A stretch of DNA of 64,000 bases from Naegleria gruberi (Eukaryota): NCBI GenBank assembly GCA_000004985.1, contig GG738856.1. One strand, given 5' to 3'. Positions 20,815 through 32,716 of this stretch are shown here, one piece after another. Under the pieces are notes generated by a model. The model saw only the letters and a list, made by a program, of their open reading frames with translations, was not told where the DNA came from and did not search any database. The position numbers and the translations under genes were made by a program. Numbering within the stretch: position 1 is the first letter of the stretch; the number at the start of each line of letters is the position of its first letter.

Positions 20815-20887
20815 GAGACTGTAGCTCAGATGGGAGAGTATTCGTTAACCCAACGAATGGTCTTAGGTTCAAATCCTAACTGTTTCT
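20815..20887 (+). tRNA. tRNA-like element with atypical anticodon loop (possible pseudo-tRNA)
   Basis: The D-arm is GCTC-AGATGGGA-GAGT and the T-arm is TTAGG-TTCAAAT-CCTAA. The acceptor GAGACTG/CTGTTTC has one mismatch. The anticodon stem TTCGT/ACGAA encloses loop TAACCCA, which has A at position 33 and no standard anticodon assignment. Confidence 0.35.
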
Positions 20888-20888
20888 C

Positions 20889-20894
20889 TTTTTT
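20889..20894 (+). terminator. Pol III T-run (T6) 2 nt after the tRNA-like element
   Basis: tttttt at 20889-20894. Confidence 0.5.
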
Positions 20895-21268
20895 AGGATT
20901 TCTTAATTTCGAAAGCAAGAAACCATACCACTACAAATCCATTAACACAATTTACAAATATACCAGCAACCCTTTCCAACCATACGTAAAGGGTGCACCA
21001 CATTACAAAGATATCAAATGTAGAATTTATTATTGTCATTCAATTCAAAATTGAAATTGACACATCGCTCTCTATCAATAAAATTCTAACGTAGCTCTTT
21101 CAATAAACGTTGCTATAATTAATTTATTTATTTACAATTTTCATTCCAGTTTTTCTTTTAGTTTTATTGAATGTGTATCAATTTCAATTTTGAATTGAAC
21201 GAGACATTAATAACGCAACGTTCTTTGCTTTTTTAAAGTATGATTAAGGGATTAATCCTTGGATATAA

Positions 21269-21341
21269 GCTGGCGTAGCTCAGCCGGTAGAGCGTTGGTC
21301 TAATAAGCCATTGGTCGCCGGTTCAATCCCGTCCGTCAGCA
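21269..21341 (+). tRNA. tRNA-Ile (anticodon AAT)
   Basis: GCTGGCG-TA-GCTC-AGCCGGTA-GAGC-G-TTGGT-CTAATAA-GCCAT-TGGTC-GCCGG-TTCAATC-CCGTC-CGTCAGC-A. There is one U:U at 27:43 and one C:U in the T-stem. Confidence 0.75.
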
Positions 21342-21357
21342 GATAATTTTGCCTTTC

Positions 21358-21894
21358 TTAAAAAAAGTATTGTTTTATTGTAGCCACAAATGTCAATAAA
21401 GTTAAAGGAAATAATATGGTATGCTCCAGAGAGGGAACAATTTCAGATTTCAATTTTGGCAGAATTCTCAAAGCGTCTCCAAACAGCAATTCATATTGTT
21501 TCATCTTCTCCTCAGAAGCATGCCAAATAGTGCGTGCATTCAACAAGTAAGGAAACCACCAATAAACACATTGCATTACCATAAATAATGTCAAATATAA
21601 ACTATAAATGATTTTAAATGTCATTATTTGATTGTTGCTGTCAGAACTCAAATAAATGGCAGCAATTAAGTGAGGAAATGAATTGATCCAACTTGTCAAA
21701 ATATAACCATTATGTGAAACAATTCCTAGTTTAATCCTTTTGAATGATGACAGAAGGGAGGTAATTCCAATTGCCAAACTGCCAACTCGTAGACAAACAG
21801 CAATATTTGAAATAGTTTCGCATACATTCGTATTGTTTTTTTCGAATGGATAAACTAATATTATTTCAACAAAACCATTTAATTTCATTTTCAA
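21358..21894 (-). CDS. Hypothetical multi-pass membrane protein (possibly one exon of a larger gene)
   Basis: The 178-aa ORF has about four hydrophobic helices. No family is recognised. Confidence 0.3.
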   Translation of the reverse strand: MKMKLNGFVEIILVYPFEKNNTNVCETISNIAVCLRVGSLAIGITSLLSSFKRIKLGIVSHNGYILTSWINSFPHLIAAIYLSSDSNNQIMTFKIIYSLYLTLFMVMQCVYWWFPYLLNARTIWHASEEKMKQYELLFGDALRILPKLKSEIVPSLEHTILFPLTLLTFVATIKQYFF

Positions 21895-24039
21895 TCAAAT
21901 TCAATCAATTTTTGATAAAACACTTTGAAATTAAAAGATTTTGATTTGATACCAATGATATCCGATCTTTTTCATTTTTTAATTCAGGAGTTATTAAAAG
22001 AAAATTGGAAATTTCATATTACCCAACTCCATTGATCAATTTTTACAATGGATAAAATTTCATTTGATTATTGGATTCTTTATCCGCATTGAATTTAATC
22101 GGCTTAAAAAAAAGGGAAAATCTGAAGCTCATCCTCACATCATTGAAATGTTGTTTGTGATGATCATGTAACAAGAGAGAATAATCATCGGGTTAAATGT
22201 GTAGTGAATCTTATTGTTGTTGTTCATATTATTTTGATTGGACGGCTAATTGGAAAATTGATTCTCTAGAATTTAGAAATATATTATTATTATGATGATG
22301 ATGAATTAAATAATTAAGCCTCTGATGATGATGATGATCAAATTAGCCTTTTAGGATATGTTGTCTATTAACTGATAATTTGGCGTCATCAAAATGTTTG
22401 TGTTGTATCATCTACAGTTGGGAAGATCATATGATTTTGTATGAGCCTCTTCTCATCTACAGTAAATACATTGGAACAACAAGAACTACAGTTTCAACAA
22501 CAATAATTCCTCTCTACATTTCCGTAATTAAACAGTCTATCCTTTTAAGATGATGCACTTGCACCTCATCAAAATAATCAAAATATAATTTGGTAATAAT
22601 TTCTAATTAATTATGATGAACAAGGAATACTCAAAGACTGTTTCCACTGTATATGACTAATTCAAAGTCGTTGTATTAGATGATCATCATCTTGTGTATC
22701 ATCATGATTGTAATCTTCTTCATTATATTATTGATGAGAAGAATCGATTCGGAATGATCCGAAGAAAGAAGTTAATGGCGAAACACAATATTAGTGTAAT
22801 CACCGAATGGAAATAATGTTATCAATATTAATTATTGGATAGTTACGATTGTTGCCATTCATAACTGGATGTTACTTCGTTTTTCGGCAAGCACCAACAA
22901 TTTTGGTGAATCATGCTTTAACTAGTAAATGATTGCATTTTGCCAAGTATTTCTGCACTGACATACATAATTAGATAGTGAAACTAACAATTTGAAACAA
23001 TTGGAAATGATTCGTCATGGTTTACAATGTTTTCTCACTGTTTGTCAAACATGGACTGCATACATGACTAGCCAATTCAGAATTTTTATAATAACGACAA
23101 GTATGATCTGGTTTACTGTCATTAATGAAACAAGATCCTCTTCATTCTAGAATAGTCATCTGATATTCGTTGATGGGTCTATTCGAATGGCAACTAGAAA
23201 GAGGAGTTATCAAATAATAATTGAGCAGTGGTAGTAGTTATATAATTCGCTCCATGAAAATGTGATGAGATCATCTCACGTACTTTGTCGTTGCTTTAAC
23301 AATCCTTAATAGGTATTTCATTGAGATTTATAATATTATTTACAAGATTTTTTACAATTTCCTCGCTCGGGTTTCGTAAGCTCACAAAACAACGACTACG
23401 AAGGAAAATATTAAAAGGACGAAACCAATAACTAGAATTGACCAACTTTTGAGGATGTTTGAATAATATATTTATCCATTGCATAAGTGTTGATACAAAC
23501 GGCATTTTACAAAAATAACAGAGCTGCCTTCAATAATCTCAATAATTTGACAACTTTTTCCAGTAACAACCAATAAGGGATGGGCACAACACAACCTGTC
23601 ATAGACGAATCTTCTAATTCAATAGCCCACAATGTGCCTGTCAGGGTTTTTCCAAGCCTTTGGACCTTGTTTGAATTAATCCTCTGTTGTCAATTGTCTA
23701 CAATCTTTAGGCGGTAGTTTCTCAAAGTTAGAAGAAGCGTTGTTTTTGACATCAGCTCTCACCGTTTTTTCTATGGAAAATTCAATATTTATTTCGCGAC
23801 CTTCGTGCATTTTACTTGATTGGAGTTGCAACATTTTGTATCAACACAAGCTTTTGGTGGTGAATGCATTTCGTCTTGTTTCAACAGCTTCCTTTCCACA
23901 GCAAAAGTTTCGAATTACACAATCATGCAAACTTTGCGTTAAATAGCTTGCTGAGAAATGCAGAACTTTATCAAAAAGAAAGCGACCCTCACAAACGCTC
24001 ACAAAAACTCTTAACAAATCACCAGAAACGAAACCCAAC

Positions 24040-25125
24040 TTGAAAATGTTGAATCAACAAGATTGCATTCTTCCACAAGAAACAACAAACTGCTTCTCAA
24101 GAGAATTATTCAGCATTCTCTCCACAAGTGACCACAATGAAATCCTGAATATTTGCATGAATAATGTTGATCCTTCTCTTACTTGCGTTTCGAATAATAC
24201 GTTCCCATTACTATTTGAAAATCAAACAACACAACAACTCTCACCTGTTAACAACAACAACAATATGACGAACAACGCTTCCTCTGTTGCTCTTTCACCT
24301 TCTCTCAATTGTACCAGTGCAATGATTGAACAAACTAATATTTCACACTCATCTGATACTCACTCCTCACCAAATCCTTCGACCAACTTTCAAACAACTG
24401 CTACCAGCAGCAATATTTGCAGTGTTGAATCATCTCCCTTACTGAAATTACTACAACAATCATCTGTGTCTCCTTCCTCCTCACAACCATCCATGTTTGG
24501 TCAAGTCAACAATCAAATTGTTGATTCTTCATCCATGTACACAAATTCGATAACAGAAAGCTGTTATCAATTAATTGATGAAGCTTTGAAAGATACACAA
24601 TCTTCACTTGGTTTGATTTGGAGCAAGTTTGATTCGAATAATACTACGTCGAACTCCAAAGGTATTTGCACAACCAGCAATGTTTCTAATAGAACTGCTG
24701 TTAGCACTTCAACCCTTGAACAAATTTATCAGCAACAACAACCAATTGCTAGTTTTGTTGCTTGTGTTTCTAACCAATCATCACACAACAATGGAATGGA
24801 CATCTTTCCATTTAATCTAGATTCTAATGCTATTAACATGCTAACTAGTGAAAAGAAGAAAAACCTCAAACGAAAACAATCAACCATTGAATCTAATTTA
24901 CCAACCAAGAAACAAACCATCACTTATGAAATTCTGCCAATGTCCCAAACTGCAATCCCAAGGCCTTCACCAATCCAACATCAATCTTCATTCAATAATA
25001 GAATTACCACAACAGATAGAAGAAGAAAATACAAGGTCAGATTTGGTCCAAATATGTTTGATGAAATTTCTATCAAGAAAAATAATGATAAACTTTCAGA
25101 AGTTGTTGCTGATGCCAGAAAATAA
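24040..25125 (+). CDS. Hypothetical Ser/Thr/Asn-rich low-complexity protein
   Basis: The 361-aa ORF contains LxxLL (SPLLKLLQQ) and a C-terminal basic patch RRRKYKVRF, which is a possible RVxF-type motif. Confidence 0.4.
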   Translation: MKMLNQQDCILPQETTNCFSRELFSILSTSDHNEILNICMNNVDPSLTCVSNNTFPLLFENQTTQQLSPVNNNNNMTNNASSVALSPSLNCTSAMIEQTNISHSSDTHSSPNPSTNFQTTATSSNICSVESSPLLKLLQQSSVSPSSSQPSMFGQVNNQIVDSSSMYTNSITESCYQLIDEALKDTQSSLGLIWSKFDSNNTTSNSKGICTTSNVSNRTAVSTSTLEQIYQQQQPIASFVACVSNQSSHNNGMDIFPFNLDSNAINMLTSEKKKNLKRKQSTIESNLPTKKQTITYEILPMSQTAIPRPSPIQHQSSFNNRITTTDRRRKYKVRFGPNMFDEISIKKNNDKLSEVVADARK

Positions 25126-25605
25126 ATTGTATTTATTATAAAAATTAACATGTTAGGGGACTACTCTCGCTCTCTCACACTAATGTTTTTCATGTGGTGA
25201 TGATTGGTTAGTCTCTCATCAAACTGGTCAACTGTTAACAGTTGGTCAACCAAGTTTTAAATAACATGATATGGGGAAACATTGTCAAAATAGTAAATTT
25301 ATACTCTTGAGAGTATCGAATCGTCTTTCGGAAATGTTATCCTCCCTTACGACATGAAATGCATTTGCGGTCCGAAAATAGTCCTCTCCGAAACTTCATA
25401 CTTGAATATAATACTTAATTGTATATTATTTAGTTTACAATATAGTCTAGGACTAGTAGATGTTGTTGTGGAAGACTCCATAATGATCTACTGTATTTTT
25501 CAATTCTAAAACAAACAAACAACAATTTCATTTGTAAAAGTTGAAATTGAAAATTTTTCATTTTGATCAAAAACAAAAAAATTATCAGCACATCTTCATG
25601 AAGGA

Positions 25606-26418
25606 TTGCACAAAATCAAAATCAAAATATTAATTATATTCACCATCATCATCATCGTCATCATGACCCGATCATTTCTCAAAACAAATGCCAAAGTAGA
25701 TAGTTGTAAAACAAGTCATCGACAAGATCCGTTCAATTTTACCTCAGAAAATTCATTTAATTTGCAATCATTTGAAGATAAAAAGAAGGTGAATAGAAAG
25801 AAGGAACAAAATTCGTATAGAAAATCTTTGAGGAGTACAATGCAATCGTGTGAGAGAATTGAAGAGATTGTTGCTCAGGGATTTGATCAATGCATGTCAA
25901 AGAAAAAGTCATCAAAAGGTTTGGCACCACATCACCATATAAAAGTTGTGGAAGATGATTTGGAATATCTTAACATTTTTACAAATATGTTAGACAGACA
26001 TATTAGAAAGAAGGAACCAATCATGACACACAACTTGCATTTAAAGAGACAATTGAAGGAAAATGTAGATAACAAATTGGAACAATTAAAGCAAGATTTG
26101 GAAGAGAAGCAAGATCAGGAATTCTTAGATAAATATTTGGATAAAAGATCCAAGAAGGCTGCCAACAAGTTGAGGAAGAAAATGGAGAGAGAAGGAGAGG
26201 ATTTCAAGAAGAATATCGTCGAACGTGAGGAATACTTATTGAGGAAAGAAAATGTTACAACTGAGAAAAGAAGTGAAGACTCATTGAACAAATTGAAAGT
26301 GAGCTACATTAACAGTCTGACAATTGAGGAAAAGATTGCACTCAAAGAATTGGAAAAGTTCGAACAAACCCAAAGTCCTCAAGTTTTCAAACATTATAGA
26401 AAGACTAAATCCAAGTAA
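25606..26418 (+). CDS. Hypothetical K/E-rich coiled-coil protein (true start may be the internal ATG at about 25660)
   Basis: The 270-aa ORF has a charged heptad-like C-terminal half. Confidence 0.4.
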   Translation: MHKIKIKILIIFTIIIIVIMTRSFLKTNAKVDSCKTSHRQDPFNFTSENSFNLQSFEDKKKVNRKKEQNSYRKSLRSTMQSCERIEEIVAQGFDQCMSKKKSSKGLAPHHHIKVVEDDLEYLNIFTNMLDRHIRKKEPIMTHNLHLKRQLKENVDNKLEQLKQDLEEKQDQEFLDKYLDKRSKKAANKLRKKMEREGEDFKKNIVEREEYLLRKENVTTEKRSEDSLNKLKVSYINSLTIEEKIALKELEKFEQTQSPQVFKHYRKTKSK

Positions 26419-26474
26419 TGGGAGACTATGCTGACATATGTCATAAAACCTTAATGTTTCAGATTAGAATGTAA

Positions 26475-26546
26475 GGGACCATGGTCTAGTGGTATGATTC
26501 TCGCTTTGGGTGCGAGAGGCCGTGGGTTCGATTCCCACTGGTCCCC
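26475..26546 (+). tRNA. tRNA-Pro (anticodon TGG)
   Basis: GGGACCA...CTCGC-TTTGGGT-GCGAG...GTGGG-TTCGATT-CCCAC-TGGTCCC-C. It closely resembles canonical eukaryotic tRNA-Pro. Confidence 0.85.
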
Positions 26547-26644
26547 TTTCCCATTTTATGTTATGTTTTATTGAGGAATAATTTGTTATGTTTTTTATTA
26601 AATTTAAATAAATTAGATTATTAATTTAGAATAATGTTATTATC

Positions 26645-27733
26645 TTATTTGCCAGGAATGAATAGCATAGTTCCAACCAAATTATAAGCATTAGAAACTT
26701 GGTAGGTCAAAGTTTCAAGATTAATCTTTACAAAGAAAGATTGAGCTTGATGATTTTCATAGAAAACATAATAAAATTGAGAATCAATTGCAACAGCTCC
26801 TAATTGTCTAAAACCAATCTTTGAAAGATCCAAATTTGTGGTTGTCATCTTGCCAGTTTTCAAATCAAGAATTGTAAATACTTCATTGACAGTTCCTACA
26901 AGTCTATTTCCAAATCTATCAAATTGAGCATTATCCAAAGATGATGGAACATTAATTTTTGCTTCCAAATTTCTTTGCATTACATTATAGACATAATATT
27001 GATTAGATCCATTTCTATTCGAAACTGAAACATAATACTTGTGATTGATAGAGTCATAGGCATTTGAATTTCCTTCAATTCCCTCAATTCCATCCAAATA
27101 AATCAAAACACTCTTATTACCACTCTTCAAGTCATAGGTCACAATAGCAAATCTCGAACCTTCACCTGAAAGTGAAACCAATTTACCAGGAAAACTCAAA
27201 TCATATTGAATATCCATTGGTGCATCATTTCCCTCCAAAACAATCTCATGCAACATTGTCAAATCATCGACATTCCACACATCGAGAGTATTCATTCCAT
27301 CTGAAACTCCATACATGTAGGCATGATGAGAAAGTGGATTATAGGCAATGTTATCATACATTTCAATGTAGGAACCGTATTCAGTGGAGGAACGAGTCAA
27401 GTTTCCATCAATTGTGGAGAGGAAAGAGATGGTATCATTTTGTTTGGATGTGAAAGTTGTGGCGAGAATGGAACCTTTTACTGCTGCTTGTTTTCTTGTT
27501 TCGAAAGAATTTTTTAAATTGCTATTCGAAAGTCCAATATTCAAGGCTGCGGAGATTGGATTCAAGAGACATGACACTACACAACATACTGTGAAGAGAG
27601 TGAAGAGTGAGAGCGAGAGGGTCTTTTTAAAATCGTGCATTTTTTTCTTGGAAAAAATCTTTTTTGCTGTGGAATAATTGACTTGAACATTTTTGTAATT
27701 TTCGGAGTTGTTAGCAAGTATTATTCTTAACAT
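26645..27733 (-). CDS. Hypothetical secreted protein (signal peptide at internal Met: MHDFKKTLSLSLFTLFTVCCVVSCLL)
   Basis: The 362-aa ORF is beta-rich and low in Cys. No family is recognised. Confidence 0.4.
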   Translation of the reverse strand: MLRIILANNSENYKNVQVNYSTAKKIFSKKKMHDFKKTLSLSLFTLFTVCCVVSCLLNPISAALNIGLSNSNLKNSFETRKQAAVKGSILATTFTSKQNDTISFLSTIDGNLTRSSTEYGSYIEMYDNIAYNPLSHHAYMYGVSDGMNTLDVWNVDDLTMLHEIVLEGNDAPMDIQYDLSFPGKLVSLSGEGSRFAIVTYDLKSGNKSVLIYLDGIEGIEGNSNAYDSINHKYYVSVSNRNGSNQYYVYNVMQRNLEAKINVPSSLDNAQFDRFGNRLVGTVNEVFTILDLKTGKMTTTNLDLSKIGFRQLGAVAIDSQFYYVFYENHQAQSFFVKINLETLTYQVSNAYNLVGTMLFIPGK

Positions 27734-28297
27734 GATGATAGTAGTGGTGTTGGAAACAGAATTTTAGTTGTTTTCTTAATTTTCACAAGAACTGTTCCAG
27801 AAACAGTGCAAAAATTGTGAATTTTCATCATGAAATTATTCATCAATAGTATTTGATGTTAATAGCATTAATACAATATCCACAATATCTATCTCTTTAC
27901 ATTCCACATGCTTTCCTTTCAATATTTTCCTTGAAATTTTTCACAGTTATGTCCTCATTGAATTTTCTTTCGATTTTGTGTGAAACAGTAAGGTGGAAAT
28001 CTTGCAAACACGATGGATAAATAATCTAGATGACTGATGATCAAGCAAGATGATCTTTGTTTTCTTTGTTGAAAATTCACACAAATTGTTAAGATTTCCT
28101 TTTTGGGACAATATTAGATCCTCAATTCAATCAAAATGAATCGCTTGAAATCAACTAGACAATCAATTTGATTGTAAACAGACGAAAGATCTCCTTTTTT
28201 GTCCAATTTGGCTATTTGTTGATGTTGAATTTCAACAAGTTTATTATGAAGGAAGAGGAGTTGGTTAATATTCAATTAATTTCATTAAAAAGTTGTC

Positions 28298-29062
28298 TTG
28301 ATCATGATGCAGTATTCATTCCCACTTGCTCCTCCATCAAACATGAGCAGTTTGTCTAGTGACATGTTACCAATACGAAAGGAAGATAAGTGTAATCTTG
28401 TCGAAAAGAAACGAAAGGTCAGAAGTGGTAAGGAAAGACCACACCAAGATTTTATATTTCACTTAAAGATGGAAAATGAAACAAGGAAGAAGAGAAAGAA
28501 AAATCCTTCAACTTCCAATATCAATTCCACAACAGAAATTATTTCAAATTCTGGAAAATCATCAACCACCTCAACTGTTTCAACAACAAGAACAAATATT
28601 TCAATAACTGATCAAACTAAAGTGACAACTACAACTACCACTACAACCACAACTACCACCTCAACAAGTAATATTCCAATTTCACATAATATTTCATCCA
28701 GTGACACTTCAGTTGTCAAAAAAGACAAAAGTTTGGCATCCATGATCTTTAAAATGTATAATCTACCTCCCAAGAAGGCCTATTCTCTATCCAACACTAA
28801 ATTCTATCAAAATCTGAAAGATTCCACTTCCACTCAATCGAACTCTTTCACATGTCAAGAAATTCCAAAATGCAAAAAAGTCAACCTACCACCAACCACT
28901 ACAAAATCATTACTTCCACTTCCAATCAAAGAAAATTCAATTAAGAGCATGTTACTGCCCAATTTGACAAGTGAAGGGCTGCAAGATGATGAATGGCATG
29001 ATATTCCAATGTTTCACATTCCACATTTTTCATTCATTTCGAATGTGTCAAAAATTAAATAA
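28298..29062 (+). CDS. Hypothetical Ser/Thr-rich protein with a poly-Thr run and basic NLS-like patches
   Basis: The 254-aa ORF contains KKRKVRSGKERP and KVTTTTTTTTTTTTST. Confidence 0.35.
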   Translation: MIMMQYSFPLAPPSNMSSLSSDMLPIRKEDKCNLVEKKRKVRSGKERPHQDFIFHLKMENETRKKRKKNPSTSNINSTTEIISNSGKSSTTSTVSTTRTNISITDQTKVTTTTTTTTTTTTSTSNIPISHNISSSDTSVVKKDKSLASMIFKMYNLPPKKAYSLSNTKFYQNLKDSTSTQSNSFTCQEIPKCKKVNLPPTTTKSLLPLPIKENSIKSMLLPNLTSEGLQDDEWHDIPMFHIPHFSFISNVSKIK

Positions 29063-29121
29063 TAGAATGTAATATTTTTCATTTATTTACAAAATTTACA
29101 ATACTACTACTACTTACAGAA

Positions 29122-31149
29122 TTACCACTTCTTTTTGGGAACTCTCTTTTCAATGACATTTCTGAAAAATGTTTTTTGAGATCTGAGCAATAATTTCAAA
29201 TTTAACAAGACTGAAATGGCTCCAGATTTGGAAATATTAGATCCATCCACAGTAAATGATTGTAATTCTTGCATGAATTGACTAGTTGCAATGTATCCAA
29301 TTCCTTCATCAGTTATTTGATTGATTTTATAACATCTGAGACTTGTCAAAACGCATCCAATTTGTGAAATTAATTTCAATGAAGTATCGGTGAGAGATGT
29401 GTTTTCTGAAAGTGATAATGCAATTAAATTGACTGGTTGGGAAGAAGCCAAATATTGAATTCCTTCATCTGTTATTTGATTATTAGATAAATGTAAGATT
29501 TTCAATTTGGTAGTCAATGCAGATGATTCGAATCCTTTCATTCCCTTATCTCCAATTTTGTTATTGCTAACATTCAATGATGTCAAATTAACTAAATACG
29601 GACTAGTTAAAATTTCAATAAAATCCTGATCATTCAAATTGCAAAATGAAATATTCAACCGAGTCAAATTTAAAAATGCTGGATTTCTTGTAATTGAGGT
29701 GATTCTTCCATTTAGGTCCATATTATTTTCTTGAGAATACCAAGTAAAAAGTTCTCCTAAACCTAATTGTTTCAAATTGTGAAGGTATGGACTCTCAATG
29801 ACATCCTTTATCAATTCGAAATTACAGGAGAAACAAATACTTGTTAAATTTGACATGGTTGGTTGCGGAATTAATTTAGAGCTCATATCTGGCAATCTAA
29901 CGTACAATCTGTTCCTCTTGGTGAGATTGGTTAACTTGAGGAATGGGCTTTCGAATAGAATATTTAAATTCAATGAGATCCATTCAGCAGTTGGATACAC
30001 CTCCAAATAGGTCAGAGATGCAAAAGTTGGACAATTAGCAATATATCCCAAACATTCATCGTCCAAATTGTTATGACACAGATCCAGTACTTTCAAATTA
30101 GTTAAATAACAAGGCTTCTCAGTGAGAATTTTGAGTTTCTCTGAACCTATTCCAGAACATCCCACATTTAAAATTTCCAAATTACCCAAATATGGACTTG
30201 CAAATATTTGCGCATTTACTCCATTATCATATAAATTCAATATTCTCAATTTTGAAAATACTGGACTATTTGCAATGTGTAAAGATCCTTCCACAGAGAT
30301 ACAATTAAATTGCAAGTTTAAATTTGTTAAATTTGACAAATGTGTGCTCGTGGATAAATGTCTAAGGCCTTCATCTCCGATATAGTTATGCTGCAGATTG
30401 AGTGTTGTTAAATTCCTCATTTCAATATTATTCGAAAGCTCTATTGCGAATGCATTTCCAATATCACAATATCTCAAATTCAAACTTTTCAAATTTTTTA
30501 AATAGGGGCTTTTTACCAATTTCTGATAAGATTCGTCATTTGTTCTATACTCCATCATGAACGCACGTCTAGGACGATTACTAGATGCATTTGTGGAATT
30601 GTACAAATTGAGTTCTGTTAAATTTTTGAAATTTTCACTTTCTGTTAAAACTTCAAAACTTTCCTTTCCCAAATTATTAAATCTCAAATTCAAACTTTTC
30701 AAATTCTTGATAAATTCACTCTTTGAAAGAGCATTAATTCCTTCAAAATTAATTCCATTACTTCTCAAATTCAAATGTTGCAATTGACCAAAATCGGCAC
30801 AATTTGCAAGTAATTTCACTCCCTTATTTCCAATATAATTGAACGAAACATTCAAACTAGTAATATTCCTTCTCCAATTCACTTCAAAATCATCTTCCAT
30901 TGTCTCTGTGAATTCTTCATCATTGGCATTCGAATTGAAAAATAAATTCAACTTGTGTGGATGAATTTTGTGAATAGAAAAATCAAGATTCAATGCAAAT
31001 CTACTTGCTGCTTGTCTCCAATCCTTGGAAACAAGTGAAAATCGTTTGATAATTTGCAAATGATCAATAAATGTCATGATGTGAAAAATCATGTCCAGTG
31101 GAAGAATCACTGTTTGGTCAACAATATTCGGAGGAGGATTCATTTGCAT
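29122..31149 (-). CDS. F-box-like + RI-type LRR protein (675 aa)
   Basis: The N-terminus HIMTFIDHLQIIKRFSLVSKDWRQAASRF is followed by more than 15 LRR units of the form NLRxNxIGxEGxxxLS. Confidence 0.7.
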   Translation of the reverse strand: MQMNPPPNIVDQTVILPLDMIFHIMTFIDHLQIIKRFSLVSKDWRQAASRFALNLDFSIHKIHPHKLNLFFNSNANDEEFTETMEDDFEVNWRRNITSLNVSFNYIGNKGVKLLANCADFGQLQHLNLRSNGINFEGINALSKSEFIKNLKSLNLRFNNLGKESFEVLTESENFKNLTELNLYNSTNASSNRPRRAFMMEYRTNDESYQKLVKSPYLKNLKSLNLRYCDIGNAFAIELSNNIEMRNLTTLNLQHNYIGDEGLRHLSTSTHLSNLTNLNLQFNCISVEGSLHIANSPVFSKLRILNLYDNGVNAQIFASPYLGNLEILNVGCSGIGSEKLKILTEKPCYLTNLKVLDLCHNNLDDECLGYIANCPTFASLTYLEVYPTAEWISLNLNILFESPFLKLTNLTKRNRLYVRLPDMSSKLIPQPTMSNLTSICFSCNFELIKDVIESPYLHNLKQLGLGELFTWYSQENNMDLNGRITSITRNPAFLNLTRLNISFCNLNDQDFIEILTSPYLVNLTSLNVSNNKIGDKGMKGFESSALTTKLKILHLSNNQITDEGIQYLASSQPVNLIALSLSENTSLTDTSLKLISQIGCVLTSLRCYKINQITDEGIGYIATSQFMQELQSFTVDGSNISKSGAISVLLNLKLLLRSQKTFFRNVIEKRVPKKKW

Positions 31150-31662
31150 GTTGTTTGGTTAATATTAACTGGTTGATTGGGTGGTGTGGGTGGTCGTTAA
31201 AAGAATATTTGGTTTTTTTCAACAACACAAGAAACAAATTGATGACCAAGTTTGAAATTTAAAGCAATTTTCAAAAAGCTTTTTTTAGATCGAAGGAAGG
31301 TTACGTTGGAATTATTACTTTTATCCTACAATCAACTCTAAATTCTAGCTTACTGTATCTATAATTTTTCCTTTTTCTCAAGATTATTCTTATTAATGGA
31401 TTCCGAGCAAAACATCTTTATCATTTTTTTAAATATTAATTGTTTTATTAAGAGTTTGATGTTTTGTATCATGAAAAAATCCACAACAATGAAGTGATTA
31501 AGAATTGTATCCATGATGAAGGAAGGATTCGTCATAACCAAATCATCTAATATTGGCCAATACACCAAGTTCATCCTTTGTTCAAACTCGTCAATACATC
31601 AATTTTAATTCTAATTAATTAGAAAAAAACAACAATTGTTGATAATTTCAGATCCAATCAAT

Positions 31663-32716
31663 ATGGAAACAATCAAGTGTGTACTTGTTGGTGCGAATAA
31701 TGTTGGTAAAACGTGTAGTTTAATTTCCTATACGACCAATTATTTCCCAGAAGATTACGTTCCAACAGTTTTTGATAATTACAGTGCTAATGTTATGGTT
31801 GATGGCAAGCCTTTTTCATTGGGTTTGTGGGATACTGGTATGTATATTGGTTATGATCATGATCATGATCATCTTGAATCGATGATCGGGTGATTATTTA
31901 CAATGAATTTAATTATTTAATTGATGATGATCTTTTAATTGGAAAATAATTTTAGCTGGACAAGATGAATACGACAGATTGAGACCATTAAGTTATCCAC
32001 AAACTGACATTTTCCTGGTCATGTTTGATGTTGGTGATCGTTCTACATTGGATAGTGCACTTGGTAAATTTGTTAATGAAATTCAACACCATTGTCCAAA
32101 TGTTCCAAAATTGTTAGTTGCTAATAAGATTGATTTGGATAAGAGACAGGTCAGTAGAGAAGAAGGTGAAAGATCAAGTAGAGTGAAGGGATTTGATGGT
32201 TATTTTGAAGTTTCTGCTCGTACTCAACAAGGATTGAAGAATATATTTGATGAAGCTTGTAGAATTGCAAGTAGTAGAAAGGCTGATAGAAAGCCAGTTT
32301 CTTATGATTCAGATGCTTCATCTGAAGCTGAAGAAGAAACTGAATGGGATAAGAAGGCAAGAGAAGTTGAAGATCCATTCCCAGAAAAATACAAATTTGG
32401 TATTTATTTAATTGATCAATATGGAAAGACTGTAGAGGATAAATTCATTTTGAAAACAGAAGTTGCAAGCTATTGGAAATTACTTGTTGCACTGGTTAAG
32501 AAATTGAGAGATTTTGGTGGAAAGAAAGATGAAGAAGAGGAAGAAGAGGAAGAAAAGAAACTCGTTGCAAACTACTTTGACGATAATCAATTTAAAATTT
32601 ACATTGAAGATCCAGATTTTAAGGATTTCTTCTTATTGGATTCTTTTGAATTATTGAAAGAAGTTGGTGAAAAGTCCAATAATAATGTCAAGTTGCAATT
32701 GGTTGGTAGTTGGTAA
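31663..32716 (+). CDS. Rho-family GTPase (Rac/Cdc42-like) with long acidic C-terminal extension, no CaaX; 2 exons
   Basis: Exon 1 (31663-31837) encodes [17 protein letters not shown]...LGLWDT. A 118-nt intron (GTATGT...TTTTAG) follows. Exon 2 (31956-32716) encodes [22 protein letters not shown]...LVANKIDL. About 150 extra residues follow, including a poly-E tract, ending in VGSW. Confidence 0.75.
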
